In this document: positions 29,039 to 37,421 of the stretch, piece by piece
How positions within the stretch are numbered: the stretch's first letter is position 1
Layout: every line of letters starts with the position of its first letter
IMG/VR virus record: IMGVR_UViG_3300025913_000018
Direction: 5' to 3' (one strand)
DNA length: 64,000 bases
Source of the DNA: a virus
Taxonomy: Duplodnaviria > Heunggongvirae > Uroviricota > Caudoviricetes
Translations under genes and position numbers: made by a program
The notes under the pieces: generated by a model
The model's database searches: none
The model's input: only the letters and a program-made list of their open reading frames with translations
Told to the model about the DNA's origin: nothing

Positions 29039-29224
29039 CTACACTCTCTCGACGAGGGCTCTCACTTTTCCGTAGTGGGTATTGACTTGACCGGGAAGAG
29101 CACCCACAACTTGAACGAAACCCTCTTCCGTATCGAAGCCCACCACAAGGCTCATCAAAACCCCGTTGAGGTAGACCTTCACTCGGAAGGCTAGATTTCT
29201 CTCCGCACTTTCGTATTCGGTCAT
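29039..29224 (-). CDS. Small hypothetical protein (61 aa)
   Basis: ORF in array. Confidence 0.55.
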   Translation of the reverse strand: MTEYESAERNLAFRVKVYLNGVLMSLVVGFDTEEGFVQVVGALPGQVNTHYGKVRALVERV

Positions 29225-29239
29225 GACGACTCTACGTCT

Positions 29240-30076
29240 CTACAGGACCTCGATGCTACGGACTTTCACGTCCCTCGGGTTGAAGACGGCGACCTCGGGA
29301 ACGTCCGCGACAAGATCCGGCCCGTAGTACACGACCGAATCGAACCCCTTCGAGCGAGCCTTCCGAGCTTGGGCCTGGCTCTTCGTGATCAAGGGGTTTC
29401 GAACCGTAGCGACGACCGTGTAGACCTTCGGTCGGTAGATCTTCGAGTTGAGACCAATCTCGTCGAGCTTGTCGTACAACCAGCTCGGAGCGCCGGTGCT
29501 CTGGCTGAAGAGATTCGGGCCGTCGTCTCCCCCGAGAGGCTTTACCTTGCTCCCGATCACGTACGCGGCGACGTCGCTGATGGTGTTCGGGTCGACCCCC
29601 TTCAAGTAGGTTTCGAGCCCTACGACGTCGAGGCTGCCTTCTCCCGGCGGAGGATCTTCTCTCCAGAGACCTACGGCTTTCGGGAAAGTCTCCCACGCGT
29701 CGGTGCCCTCGTTACAGAGAGCCTCCATCATCGCTCCCGCCCCGGGGTTCTTCCGCTTCAGGTCTTCGATCAGGGAGGGATCGAAGCCGATGTTTCGGTT
29801 GGCGTTCGCATACCGCATCGCGACGCGCTTATCCGGGGTGAGGAAGATCCCCGCCCCGTAGAAATTCTTCACCAACTCTTCGCGGCTCTTCTCCAGAACG
29901 AAGGTCCGAAAGGTCTTCGTCGTGCCGTGATAGAGGGTGACGGGCTCGCCCTTCGCGAGACCCTCCAAGTTGTACTCGGAGAGATCGAAGGCGGTCTTCA
30001 ATAGCGGCAGGAGATCTCCACGAAGCTCAGGCTTCGCGTGGGCCAGTCGAATCACTCTTGAACGAAGGTCGCCCAT
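29240..30076 (-). CDS. ADP-ribosyltransferase-like protein (ART-PolyVal/HYE-type) with N-terminal IRLAH motif
   Basis: LYHGT, GAGIFLTP...AMRYA, GFDSVVY and PEVAVFNP motifs. Confidence 0.65.
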   Translation of the reverse strand: MGDLRSRVIRLAHAKPELRGDLLPLLKTAFDLSEYNLEGLAKGEPVTLYHGTTKTFRTFVLEKSREELVKNFYGAGIFLTPDKRVAMRYANANRNIGFDPSLIEDLKRKNPGAGAMMEALCNEGTDAWETFPKAVGLWREDPPPGEGSLDVVGLETYLKGVDPNTISDVAAYVIGSKVKPLGGDDGPNLFSQSTGAPSWLYDKLDEIGLNSKIYRPKVYTVVATVRNPLITKSQAQARKARSKGFDSVVYYGPDLVADVPEVAVFNPRDVKVRSIEVL

Positions 30077-30122
30077 CCTTCTCGGTTGAAGTGATAGTAC
30101 GCCTAGCGCGTAAGATAGAGGG

Positions 30123-30299
30123 ATGTCAACCGAACCCGAAGAAGAGACCCTCGACTGTATCGAGTGTGACGGCCAAGGCGCCTGCGCGAACTGTGGCGGA
30201 GTCCCCGATCGAGGTTCGGACGACGAGACCTGCGGCTCGTGCCGAGGAACCGGATCTTGTATCCGCTGCGGCGGTACGGGGCAGCTCCCGGCAGGCTAG
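30123..30299 (+). CDS. DnaJ-type zinc-finger microprotein (58 aa; absent from the ORF track)
   Basis: MSTEPEEETLDCIECDGQGACANCGG...CGSCRGTGSCIRCGGTGQ has four CxxC pairs, three in CxxCxGxG. GCGTAAG 8 nt upstream. Confidence 0.7.
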   Translation: MSTEPEEETLDCIECDGQGACANCGGVPDRGSDDETCGSCRGTGSCIRCGGTGQLPAG

Positions 30300-30472
30300 A
30301 GGTTCGGCTGAATCAGCCGGAGCTTCTTCCCGTCGAGCTTCCCGCCCTGCTGACGGACCCACTCGGAGCAGGCGCCTTTCGTCGGAGCGGAGAAGACCTC
30401 TCGGTTTCCCGCCTTCACGCGCCAGTTGTAGATCGCGGAACGTCCGCGGCCCCCTCGTACATCACTGGGCAT
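30296..30472 (-). CDS. Small basic hypothetical protein (58 aa)
   Basis: ATG at 30472 inferred. Confidence 0.4.
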   Translation of the reverse strand: MPSDVRGGRGRSAIYNWRVKAGNREVFSAPTKGACSEWVRQQGGKLDGKKLRLIQPNL

Positions 30473-30480
30473 TCCGCCGC

Positions 30481-30849
30481 CTACTGGACCCGGTAGCAGG
30501 AGACCGTGTACGCACTGCCCACGGCGCCGACCGGAGCGCACACGCTGAGGATACTGCCCCAGGTCGGCATCCCGGCCACGGATCCGACGGGGATGTAGAT
30601 GTTGGAGCCACCCCCTCCTTCCCAACCGAGACCGCAAGCCCTACCGGAATCCGGCCAAGTAGGGGTGACGGTACACCTCAGCTGGTACGGGGAGACGTTG
30701 CGGATCTGGATGAAGAACCGCCTCATCGGGGTATACCCGTCCCTCGCTTCGCTGGCTCGGATCACGAAGTCGCTGGACTGACCCGAAGCGACCCCGCTCA
30801 GCATCGAGATCAACGAGAACACGATCGCCAACATCCACTTGGTACTCAT
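30481..30849 (-). CDS. Secreted or periplasmic hypothetical protein (122 aa)
   Basis: Signal peptide MSTKWMLAIVFSLISMLSGVASG; four Cys in the mature part. Confidence 0.6.
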   Translation of the reverse strand: MSTKWMLAIVFSLISMLSGVASGQSSDFVIRASEARDGYTPMRRFFIQIRNVSPYQLRCTVTPTWPDSGRACGLGWEGGGGSNIYIPVGSVAGMPTWGSILSVCAPVGAVGSAYTVSCYRVQ

Positions 30850-30881
30850 CGATCTCTCTCCTCGGAAGATGGGTTGTACGG

Positions 30882-31094
30882 TCACGAAGCGAGGTTCTGC
30901 CCGGTGGGCTCCTTCGCCCCCGCGCTCTTCATCGCCTCGATGAAAGTGGAGGCGTTCCGCGTCGACATGGCGATCAGGGACTTGTCCCCGTTCGGAGCCG
31001 TGATCTTCACGAGACGCCCGCGGCCGTCGTCGTCCTCGGAGAAGACGATCCAGCCCTTCAGATGTTGAACTTGACCAGACGAGAGATCCTTCAT
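30882..31094 (-). CDS. Small hypothetical protein (70 aa)
   Basis: GCGTAAG 7 nt upstream. Confidence 0.6.
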   Translation of the reverse strand: MKDLSSGQVQHLKGWIVFSEDDDGRGRLVKITAPNGDKSLIAMSTRNASTFIEAMKSAGAKEPTGQNLAS

Positions 31095-31110
31095 GAACTC
31101 TCTTACGCTG

Positions 31111-31416
31111 TCAGCGATTCTCGGCTCTCTTCTCTTGCCGCGCCTGACTGAGATCTGCCGCGAGGGCGAGGAGAGCCTTCTCGTTCTGACTCACCCAATC
31201 GACGGAAGCCTGCTGAACTTCATCCTCGTAGAAGTGAAGTCCAAAGGCGCTCCACGAGATGAGACGGAGGTTCACCTCATCGACGTAGTAGACGGCGTCA
31301 TCGAAGGACCCGAAGACGTCGAAGATCTCCTCGCGAAGAAGAACGAACGAGACGAGGAAGGGGGCCCCGTCCACGCTGACGTACGGGACGTCCTCGAACT
31401 GATCGATCTTCTTCAC
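31111..31416 (-). CDS. Hypothetical protein (101 aa)
   Basis: GTGA coupling at 31416. Confidence 0.6.
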   Translation of the reverse strand: MKKIDQFEDVPYVSVDGAPFLVSFVLLREEIFDVFGSFDDAVYYVDEVNLRLISWSAFGLHFYEDEVQQASVDWVSQNEKALLALAADLSQARQEKRAENR

Positions 31417-31889
31417 GCGCCCATCCTCCGCTCCGACTCGCACTCCGCTCGGTACTGAGCGTCGTCCTTCACGATCTCTTCCCACGCCTTCATCGCTTCG
31501 GGGGTCGCCCGCGATTCGTCCGGAACCGGAACGACGCGGAGCCCGTTGCACTCGGAACAGGTCACGTCGTACCCGCCCGAGCGGTACGCTTCGCGGGACT
31601 CCTCGTCCCAATCGTTCTCCCACTCTTCGCTCGTGATGCCGTGGGCGTCGATCGACGGGTTGACGTGGGTCCCGGCCCCGAGGCAGGTTCCGCAGACCTC
31701 GAACTTCGACGGGATGCAGAAGTAGGCGCCATGATCTTCGTCGAGGCAGGGCTGACACTCTCCGCATGCCGGAAGGTCCGAGTCGCTCGCGTTCGGGCAG
31801 GGTTCCTTCTCGGACTTCTGTCCGTGGACGAAGGCCTTCAGGAAGGGGTCGTAGCGGATCCCCGTGGGGAGTCCGCCGTAGGTGGCCAT
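31413..31889 (-). CDS. Zinc-finger protein with CxxCxGxG motifs
   Basis: CGTCLGAG and CSECNGLR, plus CGECQPC. Confidence 0.65.
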   Translation of the reverse strand: MATYGGLPTGIRYDPFLKAFVHGQKSEKEPCPNASDSDLPACGECQPCLDEDHGAYFCIPSKFEVCGTCLGAGTHVNPSIDAHGITSEEWENDWDEESREAYRSGGYDVTCSECNGLRVVPVPDESRATPEAMKAWEEIVKDDAQYRAECESERRMGA

Positions 31890-31906
31890 GTGGTCTCGAC
31901 GGTCCA

Positions 31907-32245
31907 TCAGAACACCTTCTCCACTTTCCCGGAGAACCGGCAGTTTCCGTTCTTGAACTTCGTGTAGGTGCCGACGAAGCGGTAGACGCTCCCGTTTTCG
32001 ATCTTGACTCGACAGATCCGATCCTGAGCCACGAAGTCGTGAAGGTCCTCGTAGAACCACGGAGAGTCATCGATCTCGATCGTCGACCGGATCACGACGG
32101 AGTCCCCGTATTCGGCGTGCGTGAAGACGATCTCGCCGCTGTACTTCTCCTGGGGTCGAGGGGCGAGATGTCCGAACGTAGCCCCCAGGACTTCGGCTCT
32201 GTACTTCTCCGTCGCGGGAGCGAACGCAGCTTCCATGTAGTTCAC
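31907..32245 (-). CDS. Hypothetical protein (112 aa)
   Basis: Coupled ORF. Confidence 0.65.
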   Translation of the reverse strand: MNYMEAAFAPATEKYRAEVLGATFGHLAPRPQEKYSGEIVFTHAEYGDSVVIRSTIEIDDSPWFYEDLHDFVAQDRICRVKIENGSVYRFVGTYTKFKNGNCRFSGKVEKVF

Positions 32246-32445
32246 GGGCGGCCTTTCTCGGCGAGTCTCTTCGCCGCCTTCCGAGCGCGCTTCGCCTCGG
32301 CTGAGGTCTTCAACTCCGCGACCAGCTCAGGGCTCCGTTCGCGCTTCTCTTGACCGAGGGCTTCACGGCCCGAGAAGCCGCGAAGCCCGCCGTTCATACT
32401 CGCGATCCCGAGGATCGTCGCGATGTCTCGATTCACGTACGGCAT
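32242..32445 (-). CDS. Small basic hypothetical protein (67 aa)
   Basis: Coupled ORF. Confidence 0.55.
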   Translation of the reverse strand: MPYVNRDIATILGIASMNGGLRGFSGREALGQEKRERSPELVAELKTSAEAKRARKAAKRLAEKGRP

Positions 32446-32447
32446 TC

Positions 32448-32969
32448 TCAGATCTTCACGTTGTGGGACTTCGCGAGGTCGAGAGCCGCCTGGACGTCCT
32501 CCGGGATCGGGGTCGACCCGAGAAGCTCGACCAGCGTGAGGAGACCCTCGTACTGACCGCGCGCCTTCGAGTGGTAGGCCGAAGCCTCCGACGCGTGACG
32601 AGCGATCTGGGAGAGACGATCCGCGTGGCGGTCCGGATGGTCGTAGGACTCCTTCATCCAGTAGATACAGCTCTCGTAGCCGCGGAGCGTACTGCCGAGA
32701 CCCGAAGCGAGGACCATGGCCTTCAGAAGAAGCATGTCCGCCGGCTTCGGCTGATCCGGGAGAGCGACGACTCGAACCTGCGTCTGGTAATCCAGAAGGT
32801 AGGGAGTCTTCGTCTGAACGTCCCGAACCGGAACCGAGCCGAGGGAGCGATCGAATTCGCCCTCCACCTGGAAGGTCGCGACGGTCTCCTCGACCATGTA
32901 GCCCTGCGGAACGTCGCGGATCTCCGCCGTGTCGCCGACCTTGAACTCGCGCTGCGTCTTGGTGCTCAT
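32448..32969 (-). CDS. Hypothetical protein (173 aa)
   Basis: SD GAGGAG; downstream of a bipartite promoter. Confidence 0.7.
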   Translation of the reverse strand: MSTKTQREFKVGDTAEIRDVPQGYMVEETVATFQVEGEFDRSLGSVPVRDVQTKTPYLLDYQTQVRVVALPDQPKPADMLLLKAMVLASGLGSTLRGYESCIYWMKESYDHPDRHADRLSQIARHASEASAYHSKARGQYEGLLTLVELLGSTPIPEDVQAALDLAKSHNVKI

Positions 32970-32989
32970 AGAAACGTTCTCCTCGCCTA

Positions 32990-33017
32990 GTAACGAGGGA
33001 GACCGAGTCTCTTACAC
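32990..33017 (-). promoter_or_regulatory. Bipartite promoter-like motif GTGTAA-N16-CGTTAC
   Basis: One of six intergenic copies with an exact 16-nt spacer. Confidence 0.7.
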
Positions 33018-33020
33018 TCC

Positions 33021-33623
33021 TCAGACGAGGAAAGAGATCGTAGAGCCGACGCTCGAAGAAGGACCCAGGGGCCCGGCTGGGGTCACTACGCCCGTCCCGG
33101 GGACGGTTACGGCCGTCTGGACTAGGGTGGCGATTCCGGAGGCGATCGCGAGGTAGAAGCTCGGGAGACTCGAACCGGTCCCTCCGAGGGTCGCGGTAAG
33201 GGCGACGTGGGCGGCCTGAAGGGCGGCCGAAAGAGACGCCGAATTCGCTGAGGTTACGAAGGAGACGTCCAATCCCGAGCCGACTCCGGTCGAAACCCCC
33301 TGGTAGGTGAGGGTTCCGCTTAGGGAGGACATGAGCCCGGTCCCGATCGCCGTACCGACTTGAGCTACCGTAGTACCGGAAAGACCTCCCGAGGCCATTC
33401 CGGCCGGGACGAGGGCCGGACCCCCGGTGAACTGGAGGGTTCCGACCACAGTTCCCGCCCCTACGACGCCCGTAGAGACGCCTTGGACCAGGACGTTGCC
33501 CGGCGTTGAGGCCCAGGTCGAGAAGGCGTTACCGAGGGCGTCGGCGAGGAGGCCCCAGGTCTGACCTCCCGGAAAGGAGGCCGACCCTCGGATCGCGCCC
33601 GAGATCGCGGAAGCCGGGACCAC
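33021..33623 (-). CDS. Gly/Ser/Thr-rich putative virion protein (200 aa)
   Basis: Uncharged G/S/T/A/V-rich composition; baseplate or spike association is inference. Confidence 0.55.
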   Translation of the reverse strand: MVPASAISGAIRGSASFPGGQTWGLLADALGNAFSTWASTPGNVLVQGVSTGVVGAGTVVGTLQFTGGPALVPAGMASGGLSGTTVAQVGTAIGTGLMSSLSGTLTYQGVSTGVGSGLDVSFVTSANSASLSAALQAAHVALTATLGGTGSSLPSFYLAIASGIATLVQTAVTVPGTGVVTPAGPLGPSSSVGSTISFLV

Positions 33624-34562
33624 TTAGAGTTCGATCTGACAAGCGTAGTGGGAATCGAGATCGGTCTTGTCGGGCTGACCCTCGTTCCATCCGTCGTCTC
33701 CCATCGCCGTTCGGTCCGGGCTCTCGACCGGACACGAAGGACGAGCAGAGTCTGTGGTCTCTACCCCATTCGGACGACCCACAAGAACCTTCTCTACATT
33801 TCCAACCCCCGAGAGCGGTCTCGTGTAGTGGATAGAATCCGCGGAGGGATCGACATTCTTTCGAATGACCTTGTCGACGTAAGCCGCACAGACTACGGGT
33901 GGCTTCACTCCCATGACGATCTTCTCTACCGCATGAGACACTTCGCCATATCTTCCCGGAACGTCAAAGCTCCTGGTCAGATAGGTCTTGATAGCGGATT
34001 TCCCTTCGGGACTTCCGTCTGAACCCATCAACCCCAGCTTCATCCCGAAGGGAGTCTTCTTCGAGACGACGAACGCGATAGGGACCTCATCCTTCTTGAG
34101 GACTTCCCAAGCGTCGTAATCCGAGACCATTTCTGAGGGCGAAGCTTTCGACAGACCGATCTTCCGGTAGGTCGCTTCGTACATCTTCCAGATCTCGTCC
34201 AGATACGAACCCTTCGCCACTGTCTCCCAACCCCCTCCGATTGAGGACGCGCTCTTCAAGAGCGGGAGAAGATATGGGCGAAGCTCGGGCTTCTCGTGAG
34301 CGAGTCGGATCGTCTGGGATCGGAGAGGGTCCTTCTTTGTCGTCCAGGTGTTCAGGTCCGAGATGAACTCGTTCACTTCGGCGAGTTCCGCCTTCGTGAG
34401 AGGACCCTTCACGTTTCGGTCGTTGAAGAACTCCCAGGCCTTCTCCGGCTCCCCTTCGTAGGTCGAGAGGCGGATGAACCAGTTGGCGTCGTGACCTCGG
34501 GGAAGGTGTTCACGAAGGATTCTTCGCCCTGCGATCTCGTCCGCTTTCTTCATCCCAGCCAT
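33624..34562 (-). CDS. Protein with internal IRLAH motif and a C-terminal domain of possible GNAT-like fold
   Basis: LRSQTIRLAHEKPELRPYLLPLLKSA at 34248-34325. The GNAT-like call is tentative. Start at MAGMKK inferred. Confidence 0.6.
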   Translation of the reverse strand: MAGMKKADEIAGRRILREHLPRGHDANWFIRLSTYEGEPEKAWEFFNDRNVKGPLTKAELAEVNEFISDLNTWTTKKDPLRSQTIRLAHEKPELRPYLLPLLKSASSIGGGWETVAKGSYLDEIWKMYEATYRKIGLSKASPSEMVSDYDAWEVLKKDEVPIAFVVSKKTPFGMKLGLMGSDGSPEGKSAIKTYLTRSFDVPGRYGEVSHAVEKIVMGVKPPVVCAAYVDKVIRKNVDPSADSIHYTRPLSGVGNVEKVLVGRPNGVETTDSARPSCPVESPDRTAMGDDGWNEGQPDKTDLDSHYACQIEL

Positions 34563-34584
34563 CTCACGAGAAGCCAATAGGACC

Positions 34585-34839
34585 TCAATCGTCCTCGGCT
34601 TCCTCCTCTTCGTCGTCGGTCTCTTCGAGGTCGTCGTCAAGATCGTCCGAGAGACTGGTCTCGTCGTCCTCGATCTCGGCTTCCTCGGACTCTTCCTTCG
34701 CGACCTCGGCGAGGGAGAGGGCGAAGGCCTTCAGCCACTTCTCGATAGACCGGTCCCCCTTCGGGAGACGATCGAACGCTTCTTGGATTCGGGCGTAGCG
34801 CTGATCTTCGATCCAGGCTTCGAATTCTTCTCTTGACAC
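34585..34839 (-). CDS. Small protein with a highly acidic C-terminal tail (84 aa)
   Basis: D/E-rich tail; SD GAGAGAAGG before GTG. Confidence 0.6.
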   Translation of the reverse strand: MSREEFEAWIEDQRYARIQEAFDRLPKGDRSIEKWLKAFALSLAEVAKEESEEAEIEDDETSLSDDLDDDLEETDDEEEEAEDD

Positions 34840-34963
34840 GCCTTCTCTCTCCTCAATCCCGAGTTCTGACTATCGGGATGATACCGGGGAGGAGCGTTAC
34901 GCTGTCTGAGAAACTCCCGTAGAAAATCGCCTCGCTTGAGTGGTTATAGGGTCTCCGAGGGAT

Positions 34964-36400
34964 ATGGCGACCCCTCGAAAACTCTTTCAAGCTATCGGCG
35001 CCACTCAACAGAGTGCTCGCGACGCGATCGGAGCGATTTCTTCTGGAGATGTCGCCGGGATCTCTCCGGGCCCCTGGGCTTCGGTCCTCTACGTCGACAA
35101 CGTAAGGGGAAACGACTCGACAGCAGCGAGAGGCAACCAGAACCTCCCTTTCGCGACGATCCAAGCCGCGTTGAATGCTGCTCAGACCGACGACACCGTC
35201 TGGCTCGCACCGCAGCGCTTCACGCTTCTCGCATCGCTCACTATCCCAGCCACGATCGTTCGTCTCACGATCACGGGGACGACGGTCAACGCCAACTACA
35301 GCGTGGGGTCTACTCAGGTAGCCACCACGATCATCGGCGTGAGCCTTGACAAGTTCAATCTGAACTCCGCTACGCTGCTCACTCGAATCAACTTCACCAA
35401 CTTCAACTTCAGTAGCTCCAGCGCGGGGTTCTACTCGGTGAGAGCCGATAGCTCGCTCGGGGCGAACTCACAGCTGTCCCCGACGTTCAACAACGTTCAG
35501 GGACTCAATCTCTTCTTCAAGAGAATCGCGGTCGGCAGCCTCTACAACAGCCAAGGTGCCCAGCCCTGTGTGTATCAGGGTTGCCTGACAGTTCAGCTGT
35601 TCAACTCCCAGATGCAGGGAGACTGTACGAACAGCTTCGACAATACTGTCGACCCGGCCACTTACACGGGTACTTTGGTCCTTCAGTACGGTTCGACGCT
35701 CGGAAGCGTGTTCTCTCCTTTCACTCTTTCGGGTCAAGGACAGCTCTACGTAGACGAGTCTTCCACCTTGTCGGGTGGACTCAAGGGCTCAGGTCTGCTG
35801 GCCCCTGTTGGCAGCAACGCCCCTACGGTTGTATGCGCTGGTTACCTCTCTGGCACGGTCGATTTCTCAACGGCGGGTTCCGAACTTCCAGATACCGCTA
35901 CGGCCCTCGTCTTCAACTTTCAGGGCTGTAGGTTCGTGACTGGTGGGATTGCCTCCCCGGGATTCGCTCCGGCCGGGTCTTCTATCATCAAGTTCAAGGT
36001 CGGTGGGTCCGCCGTCAACGTTCAGACCGTCATCATGGAGGACACCCTTCTCCCGAAGGCGTGCGCTCTTACTGCTGGAGCCCGGGTCAACATCCTCGGA
36101 CGAGGTTCGCGCTGGCCGAGCGTGGTCCTAGCGACTCCGGACGCGACCGGCGCAATCGATCCTCCGACCCTCACCGGTGCGATCGACCTCAGCGCGGGCG
36201 GTAGCCAGGCGAAGACTTGGGCCCAGCTCGGTCAGGCATCCTTCGTCCGAACCGTTTCTCAGGCGGACAGCGTTGTCGTCTCCGACAAGGTCCAGGGAGC
36301 CAACACCGTGGTCTCCTCGATCACGTCGACCGGTATCACCTTCCTGAATACGATCCAAGGCGCGAACACAGCGGTGAACTGGCTCGCGACCTGGCGCTGA
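34964..36400 (+). CDS. Tailspike or depolymerase-like beta-helix protein, MAxPRK-LFQ family member 3 (478 aa)
   Basis: MATPRKLFQAIGATQQSARDAIGA followed by LYVDNVRGNDS...PFATIQAALNAA, the entry motif of pectin-lyase-like beta-helices. SD GAGGG. Confidence 0.7.
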   Translation: MATPRKLFQAIGATQQSARDAIGAISSGDVAGISPGPWASVLYVDNVRGNDSTAARGNQNLPFATIQAALNAAQTDDTVWLAPQRFTLLASLTIPATIVRLTITGTTVNANYSVGSTQVATTIIGVSLDKFNLNSATLLTRINFTNFNFSSSSAGFYSVRADSSLGANSQLSPTFNNVQGLNLFFKRIAVGSLYNSQGAQPCVYQGCLTVQLFNSQMQGDCTNSFDNTVDPATYTGTLVLQYGSTLGSVFSPFTLSGQGQLYVDESSTLSGGLKGSGLLAPVGSNAPTVVCAGYLSGTVDFSTAGSELPDTATALVFNFQGCRFVTGGIASPGFAPAGSSIIKFKVGGSAVNVQTVIMEDTLLPKACALTAGARVNILGRGSRWPSVVLATPDATGAIDPPTLTGAIDLSAGGSQAKTWAQLGQASFVRTVSQADSVVVSDKVQGANTVVSSITSTGITFLNTIQGANTAVNWLATWR

Positions 36401-36404
36401 GGCT

Positions 36405-36665
36405 CTACTCGAACTCGTTCGTCGCTTCGTTGCGATGGAGGTCGAGAACGGGGGTTCCCGAGATCATCTCCGGGTCGACGTGACGTCGCTTGTAGACTCG
36501 AATCCGGCTCCAGTTCCCCGGAACCGGATTCGATGCTCGACCCGCAGCCGCGAGCGCCGCCCGGAGCGTCACGAACGTTCCGTTGACCAGGTCGTCGAAG
36601 ACGAGGATCCACTTCGTCTTCGACGCCTCCATCTCGCGGAGGTCTTCCATGGTGACCTTACTCAC
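36405..36665 (-). CDS. Hypothetical protein (86 aa)
   Basis: Coupled ORF. Confidence 0.55.
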   Translation of the reverse strand: MSKVTMEDLREMEASKTKWILVFDDLVNGTFVTLRAALAAAGRASNPVPGNWSRIRVYKRRHVDPEMISGTPVLDLHRNEATNEFE

Positions 36666-36898
36666 GACCGGACCTCGACACGATCCCCTTCGTTGAACAC
36701 CCCGTAGCGGTAGCCCGGGATGTCGAAGGACCAGTAGCCCTGATGCGGGGGCCAGCGGGGGTTCCGCTTCCAGACGAGGTCGTACGGGAGGACGTAGTCG
36801 TACTTTCCGTTCCCGTGCTCCTTCATGAGGAAGTCGCCCTTCTTCGCGGGCGGAACGAGCGACTGTTCGAGGTCTTCCTTCGTGATGGTCTTGATCAT
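36662..36898 (-). CDS. Hypothetical protein (78 aa)
   Basis: Coupled ORF. Confidence 0.6.
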   Translation of the reverse strand: MIKTITKEDLEQSLVPPAKKGDFLMKEHGNGKYDYVLPYDLVWKRNPRWPPHQGYWSFDIPGYRYGVFNEGDRVEVRS

Positions 36899-36913
36899 GG
36901 GTCCCCTACCTTC

Positions 36914-37387
36914 CTACTCGAACCCGAGAAGGATCAAGATCTCGCGGAGTGTCCGCGCCCGAGCTTGAGCCGTCTCCAGGTTCGAAGCGATCGTCGAGAG
37001 AGAGTCGCCCTCCGGAATCTCCCCGGTGACGTCCCTCATCGTCTTGAAGAGAGCTTCGGAGAGCTTCTTCGCGAGACTCTTCGCCTGATTGGTGGTGTCC
37101 TCGTAGTCCTTCGTGATCATGAGGAGCGAGGCCGGGCTGATCTTCACGGGCGCGGGCTTCTCCGGGGTCGCACGCGTGATCAGCGAGTTACTCGGAAAGA
37201 GAGACGTCCACGAGTCCCCACTGTAGAGGCAGATCTCGTCCCACCCGTCGGCGAACCAGCGCTGACGCTGGGTCGCTCCCTTCGGAGTGAGGTCCATCTT
37301 CGTCTTCTTGTAGGTGTAGGTCCCGGGACGCGCACCCGATCGGCGGAGACGAACGGTGATCAAGCTGTCGGACGGTTTCTTCTTCAT
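36914..37387 (-). CDS. Hypothetical protein (157 aa)
   Basis: Directly downstream of a bipartite promoter. Confidence 0.65.
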   Translation of the reverse strand: MKKKPSDSLITVRLRRSGARPGTYTYKKTKMDLTPKGATQRQRWFADGWDEICLYSGDSWTSLFPSNSLITRATPEKPAPVKISPASLLMITKDYEDTTNQAKSLAKKLSEALFKTMRDVTGEIPEGDSLSTIASNLETAQARARTLREILILLGFE

Positions 37388-37393
37388 GTCTCT

Positions 37394-37421
37394 TTAACGA
37401 ACGGGGAAGGATTCCCTACAC
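37394..37421 (-). promoter_or_regulatory. Bipartite promoter-like motif GTGTAG-N16-CGTTAA
   Basis: The upstream box is the last codon plus stop (GTG TAG) of the preceding gene. 6 nt to ATG, so leaderless. Confidence 0.65.

Noticed and set aside
29020-29044. GTGTAG...CGTAAC as a seventh bipartite promoter
   Set aside because: The spacer is 14 nt and the -10 word is CGTAA, so it was counted under the GCGTAA class instead.
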